A stretch of DNA of 64,000 nt from an uncultured Lachnospiraceae bacterium (GCA_910588815.1 CAJUQY010000001.1:60016-124015); one strand, 5' to 3'; shown: positions 16,125 through 25,767, numbered from the stretch's first letter. Program-made: numbers and translations. Notes: generated by a model not told the origin, from the sequence alone.

Positions 16125-17807
16125 ATGGCGAGGACAGTAGGAATAGGAATACAGGATTTTGGGAAAATCATCCGAAACAATTGTTTTTATGTGGATAAGA
16201 CCGCATTCATTAAGGAATGGTGGGAAAACCAGGACGACGTAACCTTGATTACCCGTCCCAGGCGTTTTGGCAAGACGCTGGCCATGAGTATGCTGGACCA
16301 TTTCTTTTCGGTGGAATATGCAGATAAAGGCGCCTTATTTGAAGGACTCAATATATGGAAAGAAGAGAAGTACCGCAGTCTCCAGGGCAGCTATCCAGTA
16401 ATCATTTTAAGCTTTGCAGATGTAAAGGAAACATCCTTCGGAAATGCAAGGAATAAAATCTGCCGTATCATCAAAAGTGTGTATGATAAATTTTCAGCCA
16501 TACAGGATAAGGAGCTAAAACAAAAAAAACTTCCGGGTATTTTCAGTGAGATATCCCCCGCGATGAGTGATTCCGTAGCTTCCTATTCCTTAAAAGCCTT
16601 ATCGGAATTCCTTTCAAATTATTATGGAAAGAAAGTTATCATTTTATTGGATGAATATGATACTCCCATGCAGGAAGCTTATGTGCATGGATATTGGGAT
16701 GAAATGGCGGCATTTATCCGAAACCTGTTTAATTCAACTTTTAAGACGAACCCATATATGGAGAGGGCGGTCATGACAGGTGTTACACGAATAAGTAAAG
16801 AGTCCATTTTCTCCGACTTAAACCATCTGGAGGTAGTCACCTCTACCTCATGCAAGTATGAGGCTTCTTTTGGCTTTACGGAAATAGAAGTGTTTGCTGC
16901 CATGGATGAATTCGGACTTACGCAAAAGCAGGAAGTCCGTGCCTGGTACGATGGTTTTACCTTTGGAAATACACATGATATTTACAATCCATGGTCTATC
17001 GTCAACTATCTTGACAAACAGCGTTTTGCCGCTTACTGGGCAAACACCAGCTCCAACAGTCTCGTGGGAAAACTGATTCAGGAGGGGGTTCCGGAGATCA
17101 AAATTGTCATGGAAGATTTGCTCCAGGGAAAATCTTTTCATGCGTCATTTGATGAACAGATTGTATTCAGTCAGCTGGATCATAATCTCCATGCTATCTG
17201 GAGCTTGCTCCTGGCCTGCGGTTATCTGAAAGTGGAGGCTTATACTGTAGATGGGAATTATGGTGAATGTGATTATACACTGTCTTTAACGAATAAGGAA
17301 GTGTGGTTGATGTTCCGGCGTATGATAGACGGCTGGTTTGCTGAATATACGCCTGCCTATAACGCATTCATCAAGGCATTGCTGCTGGACGACAAAAAGG
17401 CTATGAATGTCTATATGAATCAGACTGCATTGGCTACTTTCAGCTCTTTTGATGCCGGCAACAATCCGTCTGAAACGACAGAACCAGAACGCTTTTACCA
17501 CGGCTTTGTATTGGGATTAATGGTAGATTTAGCGGACAGATACCGCATCACGTCCAACAGAGAAAGTGGTTTTGGGCGATATGACGTGATGCTGGAGCCT
17601 CTTAGGGATGGCGATGCGGCTTTTGTGTTGGAATTCAAGGTACATGACTCGGAGGATGAGGAGACGCTGGCGGATACCGTGGCAGCGGCGCTTCGACAGA
17701 TAGAGGAGAAAGCCTATGATACGGAATTGGCAGTGCGTGGAATCCCCAGGGAGCGGATTCGGCATTATGGGTTTGCTTTTGCGGGGAAGACAGTGTTGAT
17801 AGGATGA
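16125..17807 (+). CDS. AAA-ATPase-like protein with C-terminal PD-(D/E)XK nuclease-like domain
   Basis: 'FYVDKTAFIKEWW...TLITRPRRFGKTLAMSML' is the P-loop of the predicted AAA-ATPase family. The C-terminal 'GFGRYDVMLEP...AFVLEFKV' is a D...ExK signature. GC is lower than the flanks. Confidence 0.75.
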   Translation: MARTVGIGIQDFGKIIRNNCFYVDKTAFIKEWWENQDDVTLITRPRRFGKTLAMSMLDHFFSVEYADKGALFEGLNIWKEEKYRSLQGSYPVIILSFADVKETSFGNARNKICRIIKSVYDKFSAIQDKELKQKKLPGIFSEISPAMSDSVASYSLKALSEFLSNYYGKKVIILLDEYDTPMQEAYVHGYWDEMAAFIRNLFNSTFKTNPYMERAVMTGVTRISKESIFSDLNHLEVVTSTSCKYEASFGFTEIEVFAAMDEFGLTQKQEVRAWYDGFTFGNTHDIYNPWSIVNYLDKQRFAAYWANTSSNSLVGKLIQEGVPEIKIVMEDLLQGKSFHASFDEQIVFSQLDHNLHAIWSLLLACGYLKVEAYTVDGNYGECDYTLSLTNKEVWLMFRRMIDGWFAEYTPAYNAFIKALLLDDKKAMNVYMNQTALATFSSFDAGNNPSETTEPERFYHGFVLGLMVDLADRYRITSNRESGFGRYDVMLEPLRDGDAAFVLEFKVHDSEDEETLADTVAAALRQIEEKAYDTELAVRGIPRERIRHYGFAFAGKTVLIG

Positions 17808-18060
17808 CATATACTTTACAGGGGGCTTCCGGCTGCTGACTACCTCTTTGATATCTACCGTGAGACAACGGAAGAACCAAAGTTTATAAGAGAGGATTTG
17901 AAGATATGGTATGATGGCTGCCATATGGAGCGCGAAGAATTATGCACTTGAAAGCTTGGAGAAAAACGGAACCTATACCGGAAGTATTTTTACACAGGAA
18001 GAGGCATGGGCGGCCATTGCCGGAATGTCGGCCGTCCATGTCTTAAAATGCTTTCTTAGC

Positions 18061-18402
18061 TTATTTTTCCAATGTTTCGGGCAGGAGAAGGAGCTGATTA
18101 AAAATGGGGCTGATTGCCGCAAAGTGGGCTTTTGGCAGGCGCTTGGCCCGTTCAAAAAGATATTCTACGTCATTCAGGTCCTGGTCGCCGAAAAGGACCC
18201 AGTCGCTGGGGATGGACAATTTTTCACAGATACGTTTTAAAGTGGAGATAGAAATTCCCACAAGGCCTCTTTCGATATCGGACACATTCTTGGGCCCCAG
18301 AGAGACCAGTTCACCAAATTGTTCCTGGGTGAGCCCGGCCCTCTCCCTTGCGACGCGGATCTGATTTCCTACAAAAATGTTGATTTCTTTTCGTTCTCTC
18401 AT
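18061..18402 (-). CDS. XRE-family helix-turn-helix transcriptional regulator (copy 1)
   Basis: 113-aa ORF. 'IRVARERAGLTQEQFGELVSLGPKNVSDIERGLVGISISTLKRICEKL' is a canonical HTH_3 motif. Confidence 0.85.
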   Translation of the reverse strand: MRERKEINIFVGNQIRVARERAGLTQEQFGELVSLGPKNVSDIERGLVGISISTLKRICEKLSIPSDWVLFGDQDLNDVEYLFERAKRLPKAHFAAISPIFNQLLLLPETLEK

Positions 18403-18429
18403 TATTAAACCTCATATAGTAATTGTTAG

Positions 18430-18452
18430 TACCATTAGTATATGTAATAGTA
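18430..18452. promoter_or_regulatory. Putative operator palindrome upstream of XRE copy 1
   Basis: TACCATTA-gtatatg-TAATaGTA, an 8-bp inverted repeat with one mismatch, lies 28 nt upstream of the start codon. Confidence 0.4.
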
Positions 18453-18939
18453 AACGTAACAAAAACAGCCCAATAGATGGATGTTTATTCGTGGCAATAA
18501 CATGAGAGAAGAGGGGGATATGGTTATTATGGGTATGGAAGTTTATGAAAATGCTTATGCGAGCATGGAGAGGTTTTTTTATTTTTGCGGCGTCTTTTGC
18601 GAGTGAAAGCACCTTCTTCATAATGTATTAAGGATAATTTGAAGGTTTTTGAAGAAAAATCACTTGACAATATAGGGAGAAAATCAGGCAATGGGAAAAG
18701 CGCAGTACTTTTTATGCGGATGTACTTCAGGTGACAAAAAAATTAAATCAATTGGAAGCGGTGTCTGAATAAAAGTTTCCCAATCTGCCGGACTATAGAA
18801 ATGAGCCTGCAATCCGAAGCAAATTTTCATTTGTGGCTACCTTATAACCGTGTCGCGGCAAAAAACATATTATAAGAAAAAGCCGGGGCGGTCATTGCCG
18901 GAATATCAGGCCGCCCCTGTCTGAAAATGCTTTCTTGGT

Positions 18940-19284
18940 TTATTTCTCCAAGGCTTCGGGTAGGAGAAGAAGTTGGTTAAAGATGGGATTCATTGCCGCA
19001 AAGTGAGCTTTTGGCAGGCACGCAGCCCGTTCGATCAGGTAGTCCACATCATTCAGGTCCCGGTCACCGAAGAGGAGCCAGTCGCTGGGAATGGATAGTT
19101 TTTCGCAAATACGTTTTAAAGTGGCAAGGGAGATTCCTACAAGCCCCCTTTCGACGTCAGACACGTTTTTAGGTCCCAGAGAGACAAGCTCTCCAAATTG
19201 TTCCTGAGTGAGACTGGCCCGTTCCCTTGCGATACGGATCTGATTTCCTACAAAGATGTTGATTTCTTTTCTCTTTTTCATCAT
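18940..19284 (-). CDS. XRE-family helix-turn-helix transcriptional regulator (copy 2)
   Basis: 114-aa paralogue of 18061-18402 with the same HTH_3 motif and the same C-terminal 'LPKAHFAA..PIFNQLLLLPE.LEK'. Confidence 0.85.
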   Translation of the reverse strand: MMKKRKEINIFVGNQIRIARERASLTQEQFGELVSLGPKNVSDVERGLVGISLATLKRICEKLSIPSDWLLFGDRDLNDVDYLIERAACLPKAHFAAMNPIFNQLLLLPEALEK

Positions 19285-19308
19285 TACTCCTTATATGTTA
19301 ATTATTAA

Positions 19309-19331
19309 TACCATTAGTATATGTAATGGTA
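19309..19331. promoter_or_regulatory. Putative operator palindrome upstream of XRE copy 2
   Basis: TACCATTA-gtatatg-TAATGGTA, a perfect 8-bp inverted repeat, lies 25 nt upstream of the start codon. Confidence 0.45.
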
Positions 19332-19594
19332 GAAAACGCAGAAACAGTTCAATAGAATGATATTTACTCATGGTAATAACGCAAGAAAACGAAAAGTGGT
19401 TCCTTCCGCGGACAAAGTAAGGCTCCGGGCATCAATCAGTCCGAGGCGGACAGGCGGTGGTGAAAGGATTGTTTCTGCTTTCCATATTAAAGAAAATATG
19501 CTATATTAAACGTAACGCATGATATTAGTTCCGTTTGTTTTCAAAGTGGTTTTACCGCCTCTTGGCAGCAATTCAAAACAGGAGTTTTTGTATT

Positions 19595-20791
19595 ATGAAT
19601 ATTCTGATTTTTACCTGGAAGGATCTCGGGATTCCGGATGTGTGCGACGCGCTGGAAAAGCTTGGCTGTACATATCGCTGCGTTTCAAATGAGTATCTGC
19701 GGGAGCGGGTTAGCCCAGAGTTTGATAAGTTGTTTGAAGAAATATATGACGAAGGGTATTATGATGGGGTTTTTACCTTTAATTTCAGTCCGGTGCTGTC
19801 CAACAACTGCAATAAACGGAATGTCCCCTATATTGCCTTTGTCTACGACAGTCCATTGGTACAATTGTATTCCGTTTCTGTAATCAATCCCTGCAACCAC
19901 ATATTTCTTTTTGATAAAATACAGTATCAGGAATTTGCGCAGGCACAGATTCCGACGGTGCGCTATGCGCCGCTGGCCGTGGGGACGGAGCGGATTGCCA
20001 AACGGCTTGGGAATTTAGACGAGAGGGAAGAGAATGGAAAGACTGTCCGGGAAAATTACACCTGTGAGGTGTCTTTCCTCGGTTCCATGTACAATGGGAA
20101 ATCGGATTTTTTCAGCCGTCTGAAAAATCTGCCGCCCTACGCAGAGGGGTATCTGAATGCGGCGATGGCGGCACAAAAGCAGGTTCCCGGGCAATGGTTT
20201 ATCGAAGAGCTTCTGACTCCGGATATCATAAACGCGATGCAGAACAGTCTGGCGCCGGCCAGGCTGTTACCGAACCCGGACGGCGTGGAGACAGTCTCGT
20301 GGCTTTTTGCGAATATCTTTTTGGCGAGGAGGATTGCCGCCGCAGAGCGAAAGGAGCTCTTGGGGGCTGTATCGGAGCATTTTGAAACCTGGCTTTACAC
20401 ACCGTCTCCCACACCGGAGCTTCCCAGAGTGAGAAACCGGGGGCCGGTAGATTACTATCAATATATGCCCTTCGTATTTGCCTGCAGCCGGATCAATCTG
20501 AATATCACCCTTCGCAGCATTCAAAGTGCGATTCCTCTCAGGGCTATGGATATCCTGGGGGCAGGCGGCTTTTTGCTGTCAAACTATCAGGCGGAGTTCT
20601 ATGACCTTTTTGTGCCGGGGGAGGATATGGAGATTTTTTACTCTCAGGAGGAGCTGCTCCGGAAGTGTGAATACTATCTAAAGCATGACGCCCTGCGGCG
20701 GCAGATTGCAGCCAACGGTTATGGAAAGGTGAAGGAAAAGCATACCTTTGAGGTTCGGTTGAGGGAAATTTTTTCGGTGGTTTTTGGGTAA
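19595..20791 (+). CDS. CgeB-like glycosyltransferase (DUF3880 / Glyco_trans_1_2-type C-terminus)
   Basis: ATG at 19595 (SD acaggag). The C-terminal 'RINLNITLRSIQSAIPLRAMDILGAGGFLLSNYQAEFYDLFVPGEDMEIFYSQEELLRKCEYYL' fits the CgeB-type GT pattern. Confidence 0.6.
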   Translation: MNILIFTWKDLGIPDVCDALEKLGCTYRCVSNEYLRERVSPEFDKLFEEIYDEGYYDGVFTFNFSPVLSNNCNKRNVPYIAFVYDSPLVQLYSVSVINPCNHIFLFDKIQYQEFAQAQIPTVRYAPLAVGTERIAKRLGNLDEREENGKTVRENYTCEVSFLGSMYNGKSDFFSRLKNLPPYAEGYLNAAMAAQKQVPGQWFIEELLTPDIINAMQNSLAPARLLPNPDGVETVSWLFANIFLARRIAAAERKELLGAVSEHFETWLYTPSPTPELPRVRNRGPVDYYQYMPFVFACSRINLNITLRSIQSAIPLRAMDILGAGGFLLSNYQAEFYDLFVPGEDMEIFYSQEELLRKCEYYLKHDALRRQIAANGYGKVKEKHTFEVRLREIFSVVFG

Positions 20792-20795
20792 AGGA

Positions 20796-22262
20796 ATGAA
20801 GAAAAAGGAGAGCTTGATGGAAAGATTGAACGGCGGCGAGGTAAAGGAAGCGCTTCAGAGACAAATCGCAGAGGGGTATCTGTCCGGAAGACCGCGGTCA
20901 TCCTGCTGTCCTGGAATCTTCTGGAATATACGAAGCTGTGCATTAAGAGTATTCGGGAGACTGTGCCGGAAGACGTCAGGCAGATCATTGTGGTGGATAA
21001 TGCCTCTGAGGACGGAAGCGTTGAATGGCTGAGGGGGCAGAAGGATATTTTACTGATTGAAAATCAGGAGAACCGGGGCTTTCCGGCAGGCTGCAATCAG
21101 GGAATTGCCGCGGCCGATGCAGATGCCGATATATTTCTCCTGAACAACGACACGATACTGCCGGAGAATGCATTATTCTGGCTGCGGATGGGATTATATG
21201 AATCAGAGAAAAACGGTGCGGTGGGCAGTGTATCCAATTGTGTCGGCAATCATCAGCAGGCAGGGGGGATCAGGGGGGGACGGAGACCTGCCTGATTTGT
21301 TTGCCCATGCGGAGAAGACCAATGTGCCGATGAAGTATCCCTATGAAAAGAAGTTGTATCTGGTGGGATTTGCCCTTCTGATTAAACGGCCGGTTCTGGA
21401 ACAGGTGGGAATGCTGGACGAACGGTTTTCACCGGGGAACTTTGAGGACAATGATTATGGCCTGCGCGTTCTGGAGGCGGGTTTTTATAATATTTTGTGT
21501 AAAAACAGTTTTGTTATCCATTTCGGGAGCCGGTCCTTCGGCAAGAACACGGAGAGCTTCCAAGAGGCTATAGAGTCAAACATGGAGAGGCTGAATGAAA
21601 AATGGGGATTTCAGATTAAATATTACCTGCATCCGCGGGAGATTCTTGTAGAACAGATTGCTGAGCCTTTGGAAAAAGAAATCCGGCTTCTGGATGTGGG
21701 CTGCGGCTGCGGAGCCTTTATGGGGCATATGCAGGGAAAATACCCCCATGCTTCCGTATACGGCATCGAGCTTTTTTCGAAGGCTGCCGGATTTGCAGAG
21801 ACAATGGGCGAAGTGATTTGCGGGGACGTGGAGCATATGGAGTTCCCCTGGCCGGAAGGATTTTTTGATTATATGGTTTTCGGCGACGTTTTAGAACATC
21901 TGGACGATCCTCAGGCTGTGCTGACGCGCCTGGCCAGATGCTTAAAGACAGGAGGGCATATCATTGTCAGCATGCCGAATGTCAAGCATTATTCGGTGAT
22001 GCTCCCACTGCTTTTGGAGGATAAATTCACTTATGAAGACGCGGGGATTTTGGACAGAACCCACAGGAAGCTGTATACGGGAAGAGAGATTGCGGGGCTG
22101 CTTACAAGAAGCGGCTACCGTGTCGAGACATTGGCGGGGATTACCAGAGGAGAAACCGACGAACAGAGAAAGAAGCTGAGTGGACTTTTGTCAGGCTTGG
22201 GGCTGCCGGATATAGAGGCTTTTTTTATCTATCAGTATCTGGCGAAGGCTGTGAAGGAATAG
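20796..22262 (+). pseudogene. GT2 glycosyltransferase - class I SAM methyltransferase fusion, disrupted by two opposite-sign frameshifts
   Basis: The start ('MKKKESLMERLNGG...') and the C-terminal part ('LVGFALLIKRPV...DNDYGLR' plus MT motif I 'LLDVGCGCGAF') are in frame 0. The GT2 core 'RKTAVILLSWN...VVDNASEDGS...NRGFPAGCNQG...LLNNDT' is in frame 2. The second switch lies at the G6/G7 runs (21263-21279). Confidence 0.65.
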
Positions 22263-22298
22263 GAGAAAGGCCGCACGCCGTGCAAAAAGGAGAATTCT

Positions 22299-23482
22299 AT
22301 GGGGAATACACAAGAGGCTTTAGAACAGGGGCGCCTGCCGGATATCTATTTTTTTCCGGCTTTTCCTCTCACCAATGTGCAGCTTTTAAAAGACAGGGTT
22401 TTGATTCCTTATGCCTATTACCGTCATTTTGGCAGGAGCTTAACGCTGGTGACAAAGGCTGTTGACGATTATTCGTACCTGGAACGGCTGGAAGGGGCAA
22501 GGTTGGAGGCGCTCTCCTATCCGGAGGATGCGCCGGGGACATTCGATCACTATATCTGCGCTTACAGCGAGTATATCCGGGAACATTACCAGACCATGGA
22601 TATTTTGTTCCTGTTTCAGCCTATGTCCCATTATGTCCCTCTGGTGCAGCTTTATAAGGAATTGAGGCCAGATGGGAAAATTTACTTGAAGCTGGATGTG
22701 AATTCTGCATGGATGGATCGGTTTCCGCTTCCGCCAAAGGAACTGGGGCCTCTGCTCGACGCGTGTAATGTAATCAGCGCCGAGGGGAGAAGAATGCAGC
22801 GGCTCCTAAGCAAAAAATGTCCTTGGATCATAGATTATATCCCCAACGGATATTATACATTTGGAGAAGTAATGCCGAGAGCTTCTTTTGCTGAAAAGCA
22901 AAATGTCTTCTCACAGTGGGGAGAATCGGGAATGAAGAAAAGAATCATGAAATGCTTCTGCGGGGCTTCGCCATGGCGGCTAAAGAACTGCCGTCCTGGA
23001 GCCTCCGGCTTGTCGGCCCCATAGAGGATGGGTTCCGGCAATTCTGCGAATCCTTTTTGGAAGGATATCCGGAGTTGAAGGACAGAGTTTTTCTGGTCGG
23101 GCCGATTATGGATAAGATGCGTCTAAACGAGGAGTACAGGAAAGCGAAGGTTTTTGCCCTGACGTCCAATAAAGAAGGCGGCTCTCCAAATGTGTTTTCC
23201 GAGGCGGCCCTGCAGGGCTGCAATATGGTTGTCACGGATATTGACGCGTCAGGGGATATGACCGGCGAGGGAGCCTTTGGCATTACCGTACCCATAGGGG
23301 ATGTCCAGGGATTTGCGCGCGCAGTATCGGAATTGTGTGGAGATGAGGAGGGGATGGAGAAAAATTGCCTGGAGATACAAGAATATGTACGCCGCTTTTT
23401 TGATTATGACAGGATTGTAAGGCGGCTTCATGTGCTGCTCGGATATCAGGAACCAGCGGCGGGAGAGGAGGGGCGGCGATGA
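22299..23482 (+). pseudogene. GT4-family glycosyltransferase disrupted by a 1-nt frameshift near 22907-22913
   Basis: The N-terminal ORF ends out of frame after '...EKQNVF'. The continuation 'TVGRIGNEEKNHEMLLRGFA...LVGPI...EGGSPNVFSEAALQGCNMVVTD' (the EX7E-type GT4 motif) is in the -1 frame. Confidence 0.65.
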
Positions 23483-24513
23483 ATCTGCAATTGGAAATCA
23501 TAGAGGGAAAATTTTGCCTGATTGACATGGACAGTCAGGAGTACTGGCTCTTGTTTCCTGCTTCTCCTTACGACAATCTTTCCAAGTATCCGGTTTATAT
23601 AAAGAGCACGGCTACTCCGGTGTCGGTGCTGGAGATTTATGCGGATTTTTTCCGGAGTCTTCTGCAGGCGCCTTCTTCTCTCAATAAACTGCCGTATTTT
23701 TTGATTGGCGCCCATTTCATTCGGGAATTGATGACAAGGAACCAGGGGCTTTGTTTTATGGCGGCAGGCAGGAACATTGCCGGTATGGCTGATGCCTTAT
23801 CGAAACTGGTACATTCCTTTGACGTAAATTCTAATATTTTCTTAATTGAGACAGAGAGTGAGGTGGGGGCAAATCAGAGAGTGGCACGGATGCCGCTCAA
23901 AGAATATTTGCCTTTACTCCATGAAGGCTCCGTGTTCGGCATGATTTTAGATGCGGAGCTGCTCCGCCGTGAGGGAGAGGACTTTTTTGCCGATGTAATC
24001 TGGAGCATATCTGAGGGAGGCTCATTGGTGGTTTATGGAGATATGCAGGATGGATTTCTTAGAGAGCATCCGTTTCTTCAGGATTTTTCCGGCCAGGAGT
24101 TTGCCGGCTTCCTGATAGCTTTCGGAAGGGTGGATACAAGCCTTCGGGAAAGGGTCAGAGCATATACGGGCAGCGCGCGGAAAGAAGCAGAGCTTGCCGG
24201 TATTGCAAAGGAGTTTGAAAAACTGAAGCCACTGATGGAGCGTCTTCTGGTCCCGGAAGAAAATATGATATCTTATGCAAGGCCGGGAATCCGGAATCTG
24301 GTGGCCCTGGAAAAGAAAATTGCCGGGTATTATCCCAATCTTAAAGACCTGGATCTGAAATGGGATACAAACCGGCTGAAGGAGGCTCTGCTTCGTCTGC
24401 TTCTGGCGCTGGAGGATGCCCGGCCGGAGATGATTTTGAACGAAAGAGAGACATTGCACGAGATGTGGGAGGAGTATGAAAAGAAGCTTCTGTCGGAATT
24501 AGAAATGCGCTGA
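23479..24513 (+). CDS. Hypothetical protein, translationally coupled to the GT4 gene
   Basis: 344-aa ORF whose ATG overlaps the upstream stop (ATGA). 'FGMILDAELL...FFADVIWSISEGGSLVVYG' weakly recalls the methyltransferase-fold post-I/II region, but no SAM motif I is seen. Confidence 0.5.
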   Translation: MNLQLEIIEGKFCLIDMDSQEYWLLFPASPYDNLSKYPVYIKSTATPVSVLEIYADFFRSLLQAPSSLNKLPYFLIGAHFIRELMTRNQGLCFMAAGRNIAGMADALSKLVHSFDVNSNIFLIETESEVGANQRVARMPLKEYLPLLHEGSVFGMILDAELLRREGEDFFADVIWSISEGGSLVVYGDMQDGFLREHPFLQDFSGQEFAGFLIAFGRVDTSLRERVRAYTGSARKEAELAGIAKEFEKLKPLMERLLVPEENMISYARPGIRNLVALEKKIAGYYPNLKDLDLKWDTNRLKEALLRLLLALEDARPEMILNERETLHEMWEEYEKKLLSELEMR

Positions 24514-24543
24514 TGAAAAACATGCAAGGGGGGATAAAAAGCT

Positions 24544-25767
24544 ATGAGAATCGTTTTATTTTATTCAGAAACGGAATCCTTTAATTTTTTTACAGATCAA
24601 CTGGCAGAGGAGCTTCGGGTTCGGGGACATGAGGCCTTTATTTTGGATTATCTGAGGCCGCAGTCGGAAGGAGCTCATTCTTATAAAGAGTTTGCTGGTT
24701 TTGCCGCAAAAAAGATAGATGCGGTAATTTGCTTTGATGGGCTGGGAAGCAGGGAGGATATGCTCATTGAGCTGTGGGATGCCCATGAGGCTGTGGTGGT
24801 GAATATCCTGATGGATCATCCACTTCGCTTCCACCCCACTTTTGAAAAGCATCCCCGCCGCTATCTTTTGTTCTGCTGTGACAGGGACCACGTGACCTAT
24901 GTGAGGGAATATTTTGGAGATAAGGTTCCCTATGTGCTTTTTATGCCCCATGTCGGCGTGGCGCCGAAGGAAAACGGACAGATTGTTCCCTATAAAGAGC
25001 GAAGATATGAAATTCTATTTTCGGCTACTTATTATCAGCCGGAGTCCATGCTTTCCCAGGTGGGGAAACAGATGTCGCTGCGCTTCAGCGACGGTACGTC
25101 GATGGATGAATTTTATCGATTCGTGTATCAGAACCTGAAGGAAAATTCCGGATTTACAACAGAGCAGGCGGTTTTGTATACCATCAATCAGTTGGGATGG
25201 CAGCTTTCTATGGATGCTGTCAGGACTCTGATGAATGGTTCTGTTTACGTAGATTGGGCGATTCGCCAGTACCAGAGAGAGCAGGTGGTGAAGGTGTTGG
25301 CAGAATCAGGAATACCGTTTTATCTTCTGGGGAGGGGATGGGAAAATCATCCGTCCATCCATTGCAAAAATGTACACCGTCTGGATGACCGGGTTGCCTA
25401 TGCAAGGACCCTGCCTGTGATGGCGGATGCTAAGATTAATCTGAACGTGATGCCCTGGTTTAAGGATGGGAGCCATGACCGGATTCCCAATACGCTGCTG
25501 CAGCATTCGGTGCCTTTGACGGATACCAGCCGCTGGCTCGAGGATAATTTTGTCGACGGACAGGATATCGCTTTGTATGACTTGGACCATTTGGAGGAGC
25601 TCCCGGCGATTGTGGAGCGGCTGCTTACGGATCAGGAATTGGCAGAGGAAATTATCCGGAACGGTTATGAGAAAGTGCTTTTGAACCTGACCTGGGGACA
25701 CTGCGCAGAATGGGTTCTGGACGGGATTCAGGCGGTCAGGGCTAAAAAACTTAAGAAAAATACATAA
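24544..25767 (+). CDS. CgeB-like glycosyltransferase (second copy)
   Basis: 407-aa ORF. The C-terminal 'KINLNVMPWFKDGSHDRIPNTLLQHSVPLTDTSRWLEDNFVDGQDIALYDLDHLEELPAIVERLL' parallels the C-terminus of 19595-20791. Confidence 0.6.
   Translation: MRIVLFYSETESFNFFTDQLAEELRVRGHEAFILDYLRPQSEGAHSYKEFAGFAAKKIDAVICFDGLGSREDMLIELWDAHEAVVVNILMDHPLRFHPTFEKHPRRYLLFCCDRDHVTYVREYFGDKVPYVLFMPHVGVAPKENGQIVPYKERRYEILFSATYYQPESMLSQVGKQMSLRFSDGTSMDEFYRFVYQNLKENSGFTTEQAVLYTINQLGWQLSMDAVRTLMNGSVYVDWAIRQYQREQVVKVLAESGIPFYLLGRGWENHPSIHCKNVHRLDDRVAYARTLPVMADAKINLNVMPWFKDGSHDRIPNTLLQHSVPLTDTSRWLEDNFVDGQDIALYDLDHLEELPAIVERLLTDQELAEEIIRNGYEKVLLNLTWGHCAEWVLDGIQAVRAKKLKKNT

Larger units (their letters stand above)
18007..18510. 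repeat. Copy 1 of a ~0.5 kb tandemly duplicated cassette (XRE gene plus flanks)
   Basis: It aligns by eye with 18886-19390 at an offset of 879 bp. The alignment includes the 3' flank (cattgccggaat...aaaatgctttctt), the CDS and the 5' leader with a palindrome. Confidence 0.7.
18886..19390. repeat. Copy 2 of the tandemly duplicated XRE cassette
   Basis: See copy 1. The two proteins are roughly 85-90% identical by eye. Confidence 0.7.

Noticed and set aside
17808-18060. Possible gene remnant or small ORFs between the AAA-ATPase gene and XRE copy 1, and the 109-aa plus-strand ORF 17911-18240
   Set aside because: The 109-aa ORF overlaps the XRE gene antisense and has no motif. The remaining frames contain only short open stretches, which is insufficient evidence for a gene or pseudogene.
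20796-21290. Programmed ribosomal frameshifting as the explanation for the GT2-MT gene structure
   Set aside because: It would need two frameshifts of opposite sign. I see no slippery heptamer or stimulatory structure at the first site. Indel mutation or homopolymer slippage is more parsimonious.
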